DNA of 64,000 nucleotides from Candidatus Parcubacteria bacterium (GCA_002869205.1 PKTJ01000066.1:187-64186); one strand, 5' to 3'. Counted from the first letter of the stretch, positions 11,249-22,299 are shown. Notes: a model not told the origin generated them from the letters alone. A program made the numbers and translations.

Positions 11249-13720
11249 ATGTTAGTAAGTTACAATTGGTTAAAATATTACGTTGATCTCCCAGATTCAC
11301 TTACACCCGAAGAGTTGGGATTGAAATTGACTATGGGGGTGGTTGAGGTTGAGGGTGTGGAGAAACTTGGAAATAATCTGGAAAAGATTTTTGTTGGCAA
11401 AGTCTCTGGCGTTCAAGATCACCCAAATGCAGATAAGCTTAAAATCTGTACAGTTGAGTTTGGACAGGACCATCCTGCACAAGTAGTGTGCGGTGGTTCA
11501 AATGTGACAGAAGGAATGCTGTGCGCGTTTGGTTCGCTTGGTGCAAAAGTAAAATGGCATGGAGAAGGTGAATTGGTTGAACTCAAAAAAGCAAAAATTC
11601 GTGACGCAGAAAGTTATGGAATGATTTGTGCCGCAAGTGAGATTGGTCTTGGGGAAATGTTTCCTGCAAAAGACGATGCAGAAATTTTGGATTTGAGCGA
11701 TATGAAATTAAAAGTAGGGGAACCTCTTGCAAAAGCACTAGGGTTAAATGATGTCGTATTTTATATTGATAATAAATCAATGACACATCGTCCAGATCTC
11801 TGGGGTCATTATGGTATGGCACGAGAGGTCGCAGCGGCTTATGGCAAGAAGTTGAAGAAATATGAGCCGGCTGAGATAGGTAAGGCAAAAAAGACCGAAG
11901 GGGCAGCTCTAGAGCTGTCCGTACGGGTTGAGGATGCGCAATTATGTCCACGATATATGGCAGTCGCAATAGATGGTATCAAAGTCGGTCCGTCTCCAGA
12001 TTGGATGCAGACACTATTATTAGCAGCAGGACTTCGTCCGATTAATAATATTGTAGATATCACCAATTTCATTTTGTTGGATCTGGGTCAACCAATGCAT
12101 GCTTTTGATAAGTTAAAAGTAGAAAGTGAAAAGGGAAAAGTAGACATACTCGTGCGTAGAGCAAAAGATGGAGAAAAGTTTACAGCTTTAGATGAGCAAG
12201 AGTATGAATTGACGAGTGATATGCTTGTCATTGCTGATAACAAAAAAGCCGTTGCGCTTGCCGGTGTGATAGGTGGTTTAAATAGTGAAATTTCAGATGA
12301 CACCACCGCTATTGTATTTGAATCAGCAAATTTTGATGCAACAAATGTTCGTAGAACCGCTACGAAATTGGGTTTGAGAACTGATGCGTCAGCTCGTTTT
12401 GAAAAGAGTCTTGATCCAAACAATGCAGAACTTGCACTTCGTCGTGCTGTGGAGCTTACACTTGAAATATGTCCTGAAGCAAAAGTTGTGAGTAAGGTAG
12501 CTGATGAAAAGAATTTTAATTTGAATCAAGGTCCAATTGAATTATCTTTAGAATTTTTAAACAAAAAAATTGGTAAAGAAATTTCTAAAAAAGAAGTTGT
12601 TAAAATTCTCGAAGGTCTTGGGTTTGAAATTAAAGATAAAAAAGATGTATTGTTTGTCACTGTTCCTACGTGGCGTGCGACAAAAGATATTTCTATCCCA
12701 GAAGATCTCGTAGAAGAAGTTTCTCGTGTGTATGGATATGATAATATTGAGACGGTTTTGCCTTCTTTTCCTGTTGCACCGCCAGAACGCAATGAATTAC
12801 GTCTTCTTGAGCGCACGGTAAAGAATGTAATGTCGATGTCTCATGGATATACTGAGAGTATTAATTATTCGTTTATTTCTCCTGATCTCTTGAATGCTGT
12901 TGGTTTAGAGGTTGGTAAACATATTGAGCTTGATAATCCGATTGCAAAAGATCGTCCATATTTGCGCAGAACTCTTTTACCAAATTTATTTGAAAATGTA
13001 GAGAAAAATATTCATGACAGAAATGACCTCTATCTATTTGAAGTAGGTAAGGTTTTCAGGTTGGAAGAATCAGGTGAACGTGTGAGTGGTAATAGTGATG
13101 ATTTGTTACCTCGGCAAGATGTGGTGTTTTCAAATGTATACGCAAGCAAGAATGATAAAAAACCATTTTATGAAATTTCACAAAGCGTAGGGTCTTTACT
13201 CAATGAGTTAGGTGTCCATACCTCGTTTGATATAGTGGGTGAGACACAAGAAAAATATATTCATCCCGGCCGTGTAGCATACATTACTGTCAATGGTGAA
13301 AAGCTTGGTGTAATCGCAGAACTTCATCCTGCCGTCCAAAAAAAGCTTGGTATTGATGTACGCGTTGGTTTTGCTGAAATAAATCTTACTAGACTCCTGG
13401 AATATTCAGCAGAACGTGCCAACTATACGGGTGTACCAGCATATCCACCAGTTTTGCGCGATATTGCTCTTGTCGTGGATGAAGGTGTGATGAATCGTGA
13501 TATGATTAACACTATTAAATCTGTGGACAATCTTGTTTCTGATGTTGAATTATTTGATGTGTTTGAAGGTAGTAAGCTAGGAAAAGGTAAGAAGAGTGTG
13601 GCATATCATATTACATACATGTCAAAGGAAAAAACACTTGAAGCAACTGACGTTGATAAAATCCATGACAAAGTTGTGAAGGTGCTTGAGAAGGAATTTA
13701 AAGCAGAGGTGAGGAAATAG
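11249..13720 (+). CDS. pheT: Phenylalanine-tRNA ligase beta subunit
   Basis: HPNADKL OB domain, B3/4, B5 and C-terminal anticodon-binding domain; follows pheS. Confidence 0.96.
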   Translation: MLVSYNWLKYYVDLPDSLTPEELGLKLTMGVVEVEGVEKLGNNLEKIFVGKVSGVQDHPNADKLKICTVEFGQDHPAQVVCGGSNVTEGMLCAFGSLGAKVKWHGEGELVELKKAKIRDAESYGMICAASEIGLGEMFPAKDDAEILDLSDMKLKVGEPLAKALGLNDVVFYIDNKSMTHRPDLWGHYGMAREVAAAYGKKLKKYEPAEIGKAKKTEGAALELSVRVEDAQLCPRYMAVAIDGIKVGPSPDWMQTLLLAAGLRPINNIVDITNFILLDLGQPMHAFDKLKVESEKGKVDILVRRAKDGEKFTALDEQEYELTSDMLVIADNKKAVALAGVIGGLNSEISDDTTAIVFESANFDATNVRRTATKLGLRTDASARFEKSLDPNNAELALRRAVELTLEICPEAKVVSKVADEKNFNLNQGPIELSLEFLNKKIGKEISKKEVVKILEGLGFEIKDKKDVLFVTVPTWRATKDISIPEDLVEEVSRVYGYDNIETVLPSFPVAPPERNELRLLERTVKNVMSMSHGYTESINYSFISPDLLNAVGLEVGKHIELDNPIAKDRPYLRRTLLPNLFENVEKNIHDRNDLYLFEVGKVFRLEESGERVSGNSDDLLPRQDVVFSNVYASKNDKKPFYEISQSVGSLLNELGVHTSFDIVGETQEKYIHPGRVAYITVNGEKLGVIAELHPAVQKKLGIDVRVGFAEINLTRLLEYSAERANYTGVPAYPPVLRDIALVVDEGVMNRDMINTIKSVDNLVSDVELFDVFEGSKLGKGKKSVAYHITYMSKEKTLEATDVDKIHDKVVKVLEKEFKAEVRK

Positions 13721-13797
13721 TTTGGTGATGTAATAAATTGTGGTATAATACTTTCACCTTTTAAACTTTTTACTTTATAAACTAACTTGCCTGTCAT

Positions 13798-14148
13798 ATG
13801 TTTGAAACAAGTAAAGATCTACTCTATGTAGTCTTATCACTTTCAATACTCTGGTTTACTGTATTTCTGTGTTGGCTTTTATACCAAGCAGCACGAGCTT
13901 TGCGTAATGCCAATAAGATTATTGAGACGCTTACACAAAAACTCGAACTTATCACTGATGCAGTAGAATTTATCCGTGCGAAGGTCGATAATATGTCGAG
14001 TCACATGGGTGCGGTAAGTGGTGTTGCATCAAGTCTGGTAAATAAATTTGTTTTGGGGAAGATATCAGATAAGCTTGATGAGAAGATGGGTGAAAGGAAG
14101 GCTAAAAAAACACCCAAGAGGAAAACGACCAAGAAAAAGAAAAAATAA
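13798..14148 (+). CDS. Small membrane protein with Lys-rich tail
   Basis: N-terminal TM helix and coiled coil; TATAAT upstream and a terminator downstream. Confidence 0.7.
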   Translation: MFETSKDLLYVVLSLSILWFTVFLCWLLYQAARALRNANKIIETLTQKLELITDAVEFIRAKVDNMSSHMGAVSGVASSLVNKFVLGKISDKLDEKMGERKAKKTPKRKTTKKKKK

Positions 14149-14154
14149 TACTAA

Positions 14155-14185
14155 TAAACCCCGCTAACGGCGGGGTTATTTTTTT
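14155..14185 (+). terminator. Intrinsic terminator
   Basis: AACCCCGC-taacg-GCGGGGTT followed by a T run. Confidence 0.75.
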
Positions 14186-14189
14186 GCAT

Positions 14190-14813
14190 ATGCTTACCAG
14201 TTTGAAATTTTATAGTTTTTTCAACAAAGAAATAAAAATTATAAAAAAGAAAGATCTATCAGGGTCTATAAAAGATGTGGTCATGCAGATAGACAGCAGT
14301 GGCTCTGCTGAGGGCTGTGTTTTTCGTCCCACACCAGATGTAAGCAAAGTCATGACTGTAGTTATGGGTTTGTTTTTTATCATGTTTAGTATACTTGTGT
14401 TTCAAGGGTTGTCTTTCAAGGGTATGTTTACTGCAGAGTTATGGTGGTCTTTTCCTGCTGTCTTTTTTGTATTTTTTATTTTATTTTATTATAGTTTTTT
14501 TATTTATTGGATTGGTCCTGTGTATGTGAAAAAAAATATAGATAATTATTTTATTTATATTGGTAAGGAGGGGATTATACGTAAAGAATCAGGTAGGGTT
14601 GCGTTGGTGCCCTGGGAGATTATCACGGGAGTAAGCGTAGTCTTTGGCGTACGTGGTGGAGGTAATTATCTCGAGCTTGAAATAAAAGGACATCAGGTGT
14701 GGACACCCAAGCTTGTGCGAGGTGCAAATGAATCTACTTTGTTTGCCGACTGGGTGGAATATAGCGCACAAGACATGAGAGCGATGAAAGATATAATCCA
14801 AAAATTTTTGTAA
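14190..14813 (+). CDS. Hypothetical membrane protein (2 TM helices plus soluble C-terminal domain)
   Basis: Two hydrophobic segments followed by a PH-like GII...PWEII pattern. Confidence 0.6.
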   Translation: MLTSLKFYSFFNKEIKIIKKKDLSGSIKDVVMQIDSSGSAEGCVFRPTPDVSKVMTVVMGLFFIMFSILVFQGLSFKGMFTAELWWSFPAVFFVFFILFYYSFFIYWIGPVYVKKNIDNYFIYIGKEGIIRKESGRVALVPWEIITGVSVVFGVRGGGNYLELEIKGHQVWTPKLVRGANESTLFADWVEYSAQDMRAMKDIIQKFL

Positions 14814-14820
14814 GTTTTTC

Positions 14821-14860
14821 ATAAAATAAAAAATCACCTGTATGGTGATTTTTTATTTTA
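14821..14860. terminator. Bidirectional terminator
   Basis: TAAAATAAAAAATCACC-tgtat-GGTGATTTTTTATTTTA. Confidence 0.75.
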
Positions 14861-14879
14861 TCATACAAGACAATATTCA

Positions 14880-16361
14880 CTACATGAGTTGGTATACATA
14901 ATAATCTACAGGAGCATACTCATCAGTGAGTATCGGCATGTCGTTTGGTATTTCTTTTTGCCATACATTATTTAGTCGTGAGTTTGTTTCGATATCATCG
15001 GATTCAAAAGATGGGGGAACGTCTCCCTTGAGCGCGACAAGCATGAGGTTTTGTATATCAGACCCATCGTCTGGGTTTGCAACTGGTATGATATATACGT
15101 AAGGAAATATGCTTTTGTATGTGGCGTACTGTGCGCGAAGAAATTTTCCCTTATCTCCTTCGATCGCAGAAATGATGTTCACCAAAGTAACCCCACCATC
15201 ATTCAAGATATCGTATGTTTTTTGGATGACTTCTTGGGTAGTGAGTTGGTAGGGAAGTGAATAATATGAATCAAATGCGTCTCCAAACACTACATCGTAT
15301 TTTTTCTCTGTCATATTTAGAAATGTCCTTCCATCTTCATGAAAAATGTTTAATCGAGGACTTTCTTCCAAACGAAAATATTTTTTTGCGAGTTCTGTTA
15401 CTTTTGGATCTATCTCAATGACATCCATAGATGCATCAGCGTATTCTCTGAGATAATATTTTGGATAAGAAAATGCAGCTCCACCGAGAAGTAGGCTGGT
15501 TTTGAAATTTGGATTAAAATGTTTTGCGAGATCATAATATTTTGTGTATTCAAATACCAAATCATCATTTTCTAAGAACATGGCAGAACTTGCATTGCCA
15601 TCAATACTCATTCGTCGAATTTCTTTTTTTGTCCGATGATCTATTGTGTCGCGGATAATAACACGACTATATGAGGTGTCTACATCGATAAAATTATGTG
15701 ACAGCTTTTCTGCTTCAACCGTGTTGATGATTAGTAGTGATGATGCAATCAGGGTGAGCATGTAGATTTTCAAGATAATTCCTTTTTGTGTAAATAATAG
15801 GATTGACACCAATATGAGAGTCAAGGATATTAACAAAAGTATTTTGGTTGTACCAAGTGTAGGGATAAGCCAAAAACCAGCAGCAAATGTGCCGACAATG
15901 CTACCAATAGTCGATATGGCGTAAAGATTTCCGACAGTAGAGCCAGATGTTTCTAGTGAATTTATTTTGAGTTTCACTGCATAGGGAGAAACCATTCCAA
16001 GAAATACACTTGGTAGTGAAAATAATGTAATAGTGCTCAAGACAGTACGGAGCTTGAAGTCTCCTATAATGTTTTGTAAGAAAATAAGTGTCGGTTCTTT
16101 TATCAGTGTGATAAAACTAATAAGGATCGCTGAAGTAAAGATGATCCACGAGAGTGTCTTTACATTTGCTTTTTTGTCAGACAGTTTACCACCAAGCCAA
16201 TATCCTAGACTCAGACTTCCGAGAATAATACCGATTAAGCTCGTCCATACAAATATAGAATTTCCAATATAAGGAGAAACGACACGAGATCCAACGACTT
16301 CGAAGACCATGACCACGGCCCCACTAGTAAAAACGACGAGTTCGAGTATATATTTTTTCAT
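14880..16361 (-). CDS. Fused membrane domain / spermidine synthase-like SAM-dependent transferase
   Basis: Multi-TM N-terminus (LYAISTIGSIVGT); IEIDP, DGRTFL, YDVVFGDAF, LTDEYAP. Confidence 0.85.
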   Translation of the reverse strand: MKKYILELVVFTSGAVVMVFEVVGSRVVSPYIGNSIFVWTSLIGIILGSLSLGYWLGGKLSDKKANVKTLSWIIFTSAILISFITLIKEPTLIFLQNIIGDFKLRTVLSTITLFSLPSVFLGMVSPYAVKLKINSLETSGSTVGNLYAISTIGSIVGTFAAGFWLIPTLGTTKILLLISLTLILVSILLFTQKGIILKIYMLTLIASSLLIINTVEAEKLSHNFIDVDTSYSRVIIRDTIDHRTKKEIRRMSIDGNASSAMFLENDDLVFEYTKYYDLAKHFNPNFKTSLLLGGAAFSYPKYYLREYADASMDVIEIDPKVTELAKKYFRLEESPRLNIFHEDGRTFLNMTEKKYDVVFGDAFDSYYSLPYQLTTQEVIQKTYDILNDGGVTLVNIISAIEGDKGKFLRAQYATYKSIFPYVYIIPVANPDDGSDIQNLMLVALKGDVPPSFESDDIETNSRLNNVWQKEIPNDMPILTDEYAPVDYYVYQLM

Positions 16362-16427
16362 AGATATGGGTGATTTGATTTTGTAATGGATATATTATAA
16401 ACTAGTGGAAGCTTTTAGCCAAATACT

Positions 16428-19400
16428 ATGGATTTTGTACATCTCCATGTACATTCACATTATTCACTTTTGAACGGTTTGTCCAAGGTCAAAGCGCTTG
16501 TTAAGGCTGCAAAAAAACGTGGTTTTAAGGCTCTTGCGCTTACTGACTATGGTTCTATGTATGGTGCTATAGAATTTTATCAGGCGTGTCTAGCAGAAGA
16601 TATCAAGCCAATTATTGGGTTTGAGGCATATGTGGCTCCACGGAGTCGGCATGATAAGGATCCAGAAAAAGACAAAGGTGTATACCATATCATGTTGTTG
16701 GCAGAAAATTTTGAGGGATACCAAAATCTAATGCGTCTTTCTTCCATAGGACACTTGGAAGGGTTTTTTAATGATAAGCCTCGTGTTGATAAGGAGCTTT
16801 TAAAAGAGTTTGGAAAAGGAGTGATTGCGTTGTCTGGACCTATAGAAGGGGAAGTGCCTCAATTATTAAAAGATAATAAAGATGATGAGGCAAAAAAGGT
16901 GGTAGCCGAATTTGAAGAGATTTTTGGAAAAGGAAATTTTTATCTTGAACTTCAGGATCATCCAGCAATTGAGGGTCAGATGCAGGTGAACACAAAACTT
17001 ATTCAATTATCAAAAGATGTGAATACACCTTTGGTAGTTACTCGAGATGTACATTATTTAGATTTTAATGAAGCTGAGGCGCAAGATGTCTTGCGTTGTA
17101 TTTCCAATGGATGGAAAGTGGGGCAGTCTGATAGAGAAGATTACCGGCATGTAGATCGTTCATTTAATACTGCTCAAGATATTATTTCACGTTTCAAACA
17201 CGTACCAGAAGCAATTGAGAATACGGTAAAGATTGCAGACAGGGTGGACCTAGATATTCCTCTCAATAATTGGCACTTTGCACCAGTAGATTTGCCAGAA
17301 GGAAAAAATGCAGATGAACATTTGCGCGATGAAGCGTACCGATGTGTCAGTGATTTTTATGGAGATACCACACAAGAACTAAAAGATCGTATTGAGTATG
17401 AACTTGATATTATCAAGACAAAAGGTTACTCACCGTATTTTATTTGTGTTGCAGATTATGTGAGATATGCAAAACGCAATGGTATTGTAGAGTCTACTCG
17501 TGGTTCTGCTGCTGGTTCACTTGTGTCATACATTCTTGGTATTACGACGGTTGATCCTATGCGGTTTAAACTTCCGTTTGAACGTTTCTTGAATCCATAT
17601 CGTCCGAGTCCTCCTGATATTGATACAGATTTTGCTGATGATCGAAGAGAAGAGATGATCGAGTATATGACACGCAAATATGGTGAAGATAAGGTGGCTC
17701 AGATTATTACATTTGGAACAATGGCTGCGCGTGCAAGTGTACGTGATGTCGGTCGTGCTCTTGCGCTTTCATATGGATTTTGTGATCAGGTTGCCAAACT
17801 GATTCCTCAAGGTGCACAAGGATTTCCTATGACTATCGAGCGTGCACTCAAAGAAGAGCCAGATCTCAAAAAACTCTATGAAATGAATGAAGATGTGAAG
17901 CGTCTCCTTGATCTTGCTCAGCAGGTCGAAGGGTGTGCACGTCATACATCTATTCATGCGGCGGGTGTGGTGGTTTCTCCTACACCGCTTACTGATTTTA
18001 GTCCGGTGCAGCGAGAAACAGGAGGAGATAAATTGACTACACAATATGAGATGCATTCAGTCGAAACAGCTGGTGTGCTCAAAAATGATTTTCTCGGGAT
18101 TCGTAATCTCGCAATTTTAGGAAATGCTGTGGTAATTGTAGAAAAAACAACAGGAGATAAAATTGATATTTATAATCTTCCACTTGACGATACAAAAACA
18201 TTTGAAATGCTTGCGCGTGGTGAAACTATGGGTGTGTTTCAGCTCGCGGGAGCAGGTATGACTCGATGGGTCAAAGAGCTTAAACCAAATAGAATTGAAG
18301 ATATTATGGCCATGGTTGCTCTGTATCGTCCTGGTCCGATGGAATCTATTCCAGAATATATTCATCGTAAATATAATCCAGAGACCGTAAGTTATCTTGA
18401 TCCGCGTTTAGAAAAGATTCTGGATGCATCATATGGTCTTCTCGTGTATCAAGATGATGTGATGCTTACTGCTATTGAGCTTGCGGGGTATGATTGGATG
18501 GAAGCTGATAAATTTCGAAAAGCGATGGGAAAGAAAGTTCCCGAAGAAATGGCAAAGCAAAAAATCAAATTTTACGACGGGTGTAAAAATCACGGAAAAG
18601 TACCAAAAAATATTATTGATGAGTTGTGGACTGCTATTGAGCCGTTTGCCGCGTACGGGTTTAATAAGGCTCATGCGGCTAGTTATGGTATTGTGGCGTA
18701 CCAAACGGCTTATATGAAGGCTCATTACCCTGTACAGTACATGACGTCGGTTTTGCAGGCTGAATCAGGTGACGCAGACAAGATTTCTGCTATTGTAGGG
18801 GAATGTCGTAGAATCAATATCGAAGTGTTGCCGCCTGATGTAAATGAGAGTTTTAAGTCTTTTGCTATGGTGTCAAAACCAGGCGAAAAAGGACGTATCC
18901 GTTTTGGTTTGACTGCAATTAAAAATGTTGGAGATCATATTTGTGATGTTATCTACCGTGAAAGAAAAGCAAATGGTCAATACAAAGATTTGGAAGATTT
19001 TCTTGACCGTATTGATGACAAGGATTTAAATAAGAAATCTGTAGAGAGTTTGGCCCAAGCTGGTGCGCTTGATTGTTTTGGGTATGATCGAGGAGTACTA
19101 ATGGCCAATAGTGAAAATATTTTGGGTTATATAAAACAGATAAAAGAAAAACGTACCACCAATCAGGATTCTCTCTTTGCTGGCACAGACATCGCACTTG
19201 ATTCAAAGGTGCGTATAGATGATACAGAGCCTGCTACGCTTGAACAAAAGCTGGTGTGGGAAAAAACATTGCTTGGTATTTATGTTTCTTCGCATCCGTT
19301 TGCTTATTATGAAAAATTTTTGGGAAATAAAGTTGTGCCTGTTGCAGAAGTAGAAGAAAAAGATCGGGATTCGTGGGTGGTTGTTGGTGGTGTGATCGAT

Positions 19401-19904
19401 GCAGCCAAGAAAAAAATAACAAAAAAAGGTTCTGTCATGATGTTTGCGACAATTCAAGATATGACAGGTCGTATTGAAATGTTGGTTTTTCCAAAAGCAT
19501 ATGAAGTAAGTAAAGAAGTTTGGGAAGCGGGTAATGTTGTGTGTGTGGTAGGAAAAACTCCGCGCGAAGATGGAGACAATAAGATATTTGTAGAAAAGGC
19601 ATATGTATTAACGAAAGAAAATATTGAACAAATTAGTGGGTATCTATCTTTTAATACAAGTGGTGTAGAAAAAAAGAAGAAAGAAGAAAATAGTAAGTAT
19701 ATTACAATAGGTTTGACTCAAGATGAGGTCAAGGAATATACCAATGATCTAAAAGTATTGTTAGAAGAATATCCGGGTAATTACGATGTATATGTTCGTG
19801 TTGGTATGAACACAATTCGTGCTCAATCACAAGTTGACTGGAACGAAGAGTTGAAGGATAGACTTGAGTCACTGATAGGTCCAGGTAAGGTAGAAGTGCG
19901 GTAA
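16428..19904 (+). CDS. dnaE: DNA polymerase III alpha subunit
   Basis: HLHVHSHYS PHP domain, RGSAAGS, PDIDTDF, YGFNKAHA, OB fold. Confidence 0.97.
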   Translation: MDFVHLHVHSHYSLLNGLSKVKALVKAAKKRGFKALALTDYGSMYGAIEFYQACLAEDIKPIIGFEAYVAPRSRHDKDPEKDKGVYHIMLLAENFEGYQNLMRLSSIGHLEGFFNDKPRVDKELLKEFGKGVIALSGPIEGEVPQLLKDNKDDEAKKVVAEFEEIFGKGNFYLELQDHPAIEGQMQVNTKLIQLSKDVNTPLVVTRDVHYLDFNEAEAQDVLRCISNGWKVGQSDREDYRHVDRSFNTAQDIISRFKHVPEAIENTVKIADRVDLDIPLNNWHFAPVDLPEGKNADEHLRDEAYRCVSDFYGDTTQELKDRIEYELDIIKTKGYSPYFICVADYVRYAKRNGIVESTRGSAAGSLVSYILGITTVDPMRFKLPFERFLNPYRPSPPDIDTDFADDRREEMIEYMTRKYGEDKVAQIITFGTMAARASVRDVGRALALSYGFCDQVAKLIPQGAQGFPMTIERALKEEPDLKKLYEMNEDVKRLLDLAQQVEGCARHTSIHAAGVVVSPTPLTDFSPVQRETGGDKLTTQYEMHSVETAGVLKNDFLGIRNLAILGNAVVIVEKTTGDKIDIYNLPLDDTKTFEMLARGETMGVFQLAGAGMTRWVKELKPNRIEDIMAMVALYRPGPMESIPEYIHRKYNPETVSYLDPRLEKILDASYGLLVYQDDVMLTAIELAGYDWMEADKFRKAMGKKVPEEMAKQKIKFYDGCKNHGKVPKNIIDELWTAIEPFAAYGFNKAHAASYGIVAYQTAYMKAHYPVQYMTSVLQAESGDADKISAIVGECRRINIEVLPPDVNESFKSFAMVSKPGEKGRIRFGLTAIKNVGDHICDVIYRERKANGQYKDLEDFLDRIDDKDLNKKSVESLAQAGALDCFGYDRGVLMANSENILGYIKQIKEKRTTNQDSLFAGTDIALDSKVRIDDTEPATLEQKLVWEKTLLGIYVSSHPFAYYEKFLGNKVVPVAEVEEKDRDSWVVVGGVIDAAKKKITKKGSVMMFATIQDMTGRIEMLVFPKAYEVSKEVWEAGNVVCVVGKTPREDGDNKIFVEKAYVLTKENIEQISGYLSFNTSGVEKKKKEENSKYITIGLTQDEVKEYTNDLKVLLEEYPGNYDVYVRVGMNTIRAQSQVDWNEELKDRLESLIGPGKVEVR

Positions 19905-19916
19905 TAAAAATATATA

Positions 19917-19955
19917 AAAAATTCCCTCTGGCAAAAACCAGAGGGATTTATTTTT
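19917..19955. terminator. Bidirectional terminator
   Basis: AAAAATTCCCTCTGG-caaaaa-CCAGAGGGATTTATTTTT. Confidence 0.75.
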
Positions 19956-20034
19956 CTTTGGAGGCGCCGTCAAGAAACGACGCCTGTCGGGGAGGGGAAC
20001 GCCCCGCCGCCCGAAGGCGGCGGGAGTAGAGCGT

Positions 20035-21078
20035 TCAGCGAGTTGTGCGGATCGAGGTGTCCCAGTGGTGGTGGTAGATGATGTGACCGAGGTCTGTGAG
20101 CCACGAGACGACACGGATCTTGCCCGACTTGACGAAGGGGTTCAAGAACTGTCGATTCACGAGCGGGACCGTGTCTGCGACGTAGAGGCGATCGAGCGGC
20201 GAGTGATCGAGCTGCAGGTTCTCCACCGCGTCACCACACAGAATGGCGTGCGTAACGATTGCCCAGAATTCGTGGATCTCGGCACGTTCTCGGACGGTGT
20301 TAGCTGTCCTCAGATTCGTGCTGACTGTCGCCGCTTCATCGTCCACAGACAGAACCAGTGCACCTTCGAGTTCATCGACATCTCGATAGATGTCTTTGAT
20401 CTCGACGTCGCGGCTGTTTCCACGACGTTTGTCACCAAACGTCGTGAAGATGTCACAGTCGAGCTCGTCGGCCACGTTCGTGACAGCTTCCTCATAGCGC
20501 TTCTTGGCGCCGTTGTCTGGGTAGTGTACGACGATCTTGTCGTGAGTTTGCAGCGCTTCTTCGAGCGCCTGCTTGAATACGCGCTTGAACATACTCACTT
20601 CGGTGATGAGACCAGGGTCACCGGCCATCACAACCTGCGAAGCGTGGAGATCGACGGAGATGATTCTGTCGAGTCTGCCTTGCGCGGCCGTCTTCATCAG
20701 CGAGACGATGAGGGGTGGAAGAGCGAACTCGTCGTCAGCTTCGTCTCTGTCGGATCGCGAGAGCGGGAAGTAGGCGGTGATGACGGTGATTCGGGCGGCT
20801 CTTCTGCCTGCCACGTGGTTGAGCAAGAAGAATAGGTTCACGAGCATGTCGGGGGTGCCAGGGCCACTGGTCAAGATCACGCAGTCGTGACCGCCGATGT
20901 GCTTCTTCTTCAGCTTGATGAAGGGTTCTTTGCTGCTGCGCCGACCGAAGATCGGAGACGCGATGTCGACAGGCGTCTCTTTCCTTTCGATCTGCTCTTT
21001 GAGAAGGGTGGCGATGTCTTCGAATCCGGGCATGGGAACGAGCGTGAGCGCGCCGTGCTGGCTGTGTCTGTCTTTCAT
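20035..21078 (-). CDS. Divergent ribose-phosphate pyrophosphokinase-like protein (second PRS paralog, GC-rich)
   Basis: YFPLSRSDR, VDLHASQ, PDNGAKKR, KRR, VDDEAAT, THAIL, DTVP; GAGGG SD motif upstream. Confidence 0.8.
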   Translation of the reverse strand: MKDRHSQHGALTLVPMPGFEDIATLLKEQIERKETPVDIASPIFGRRSSKEPFIKLKKKHIGGHDCVILTSGPGTPDMLVNLFFLLNHVAGRRAARITVITAYFPLSRSDRDEADDEFALPPLIVSLMKTAAQGRLDRIISVDLHASQVVMAGDPGLITEVSMFKRVFKQALEEALQTHDKIVVHYPDNGAKKRYEEAVTNVADELDCDIFTTFGDKRRGNSRDVEIKDIYRDVDELEGALVLSVDDEAATVSTNLRTANTVRERAEIHEFWAIVTHAILCGDAVENLQLDHSPLDRLYVADTVPLVNRQFLNPFVKSGKIRVVSWLTDLGHIIYHHHWDTSIRTTR

Positions 21079-21189
21079 AACGAAACCCTCGTAATTAGAT
21101 CAAGAAAACGACCTCCCCGGCCGTCTCCTCGATGTGTGAAATGAGCAAACATGTCACCATAATAATTGTTTTGAGTTGTCATGTCAACC

Positions 21190-21237
21190 ATAAAAAAAAC
21201 GAACACCCCGAGGCCGAAGCCACCGGGGTTTTAGTTC
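21190..21237 (-). terminator. Terminator after udk
   Basis: ACCCCG...CGGGGT hairpin followed on the minus strand by a T8 run. Confidence 0.6.
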
Positions 21238-21239
21238 GC

Positions 21240-21863
21240 TCAGGATGGGTGGAATCCGTTGAGCATCTGTTCGAGTCCTGCCTGAATGAACAGGCGTGCG
21301 ATCTCGTTGTTCCCGCCGTGTGGCACGATCAGGTTCGCGTGTCTGCGGGTCGGGTGACAGAATTCGTCGTGCATGGGTGCGACAGTGCCTTCCCATTGCT
21401 CGAGGATACCTTCGAGTTTGCGTCCTCGTTCCAGAACGTCTCGTTTGATACGACGCGCGAGACGTGTGTCTCCGGGCGTGTCGACGTAGATCTTGATCTT
21501 GGCGAGGCTTACCAATTCAGGTACAGCGAGCGCGAGTATTCCTTCGGCGATGATGAACGTTTTTGGGTCCACCTGGACACGCTCAGGTTCACGCGAATGC
21601 GTGTTGTAGTCCCAGCGCGGGGTCTGGACCGATACACCATCGACGAGCTCGCGAACGTGTGACACCATTAGGATGTTGTCGAAAGACCCTGGGTGGTCGA
21701 AGTTGCCGTTCTGGACGTAGGGAGACTCGGGGTCGTAATAGAAGTCGTGGCAGATTCGACAGCACTTGTCATCGCCGAGCATTCGGATGATTTCACGCGC
21801 GAGCGTTGTCTTACCAGAACCAGTGCCACCAGCGACGATGATCACGACAGGCGTGTTTTCCAT
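21240..21863 (-). CDS. udk: Uridine kinase (GC-rich)
   Basis: AGGTGSGKTT, NFDHP, EGIL, RLARRIKRDVLERGR, PMH; GGAGG SD before the ATG at 21863. Confidence 0.9.
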   Translation of the reverse strand: MENTPVVIIVAGGTGSGKTTLAREIIRMLGDDKCCRICHDFYYDPESPYVQNGNFDHPGSFDNILMVSHVRELVDGVSVQTPRWDYNTHSREPERVQVDPKTFIIAEGILALAVPELVSLAKIKIYVDTPGDTRLARRIKRDVLERGRKLEGILEQWEGTVAPMHDEFCHPTRRHANLIVPHGGNNEIARLFIQAGLEQMLNGFHPS

Positions 21864-21959
21864 CTTGAGCTTCCTCCAATTTGCAACAAAGCAGGCCATC
21901 GGCCTGCTCCTTTGTTGTATTTCAGAAATATTGTAACGCTACTTTTGTAGTTTGTCAAA

Positions 21960-22220
21960 TTATTCTACATCTCCATTTTCTTTGATTTTTTCGTCTTCGT
22001 ATGGAGCGATGTGTTTTCTATAGAGTTCGAGTTTACATGATTCAAGTGCACCAACAAGTTCGTTCCAGTCTTTATATCTTCCCTCACCTTTGTTCAATAA
22101 AAGAAGTTTTGTGATGGTGTAATTTAGGTCACCAGCACGCTGGTCTGTGCTTATGAGCTTTGCAAGTTCTGTTATTGTTGGATCAAGACGTTCGCGGTCT
22201 TGTGGTAGGATGTATGGCAT
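21960..22220 (-). CDS. Small conserved hypothetical protein (DUF6899-like)
   Basis: MPYI...GDLNYTIT...GALESCKLELYR...PYEDEKIKENGDV pattern; family name recalled, not searched. Confidence 0.7.
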   Translation of the reverse strand: MPYILPQDRERLDPTITELAKLISTDQRAGDLNYTITKLLLLNKGEGRYKDWNELVGALESCKLELYRKHIAPYEDEKIKENGDVE

Positions 22221-22299
22221 ACAATGAGTTTATAAAGTTTAAAAGTTTAAAAAGTATACAAACTAACTATATGTAAAATACTTTACAAACTTTATAACT

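Noticed and set aside
16428-19904. Intein or split in dnaE
   Set aside because: Length and motif spacing look normal and no intein signature was seen.
20065-21662. Long plus-strand ORFs opposite the PRS-like gene and udk (similar ones at 56045-56710, 61251-61763, 63327-63887)
   Set aside because: Antisense shadows caused by the codon bias of GC-rich genes; the opposite strand has the recognisable motifs or the SD and promoter signals.
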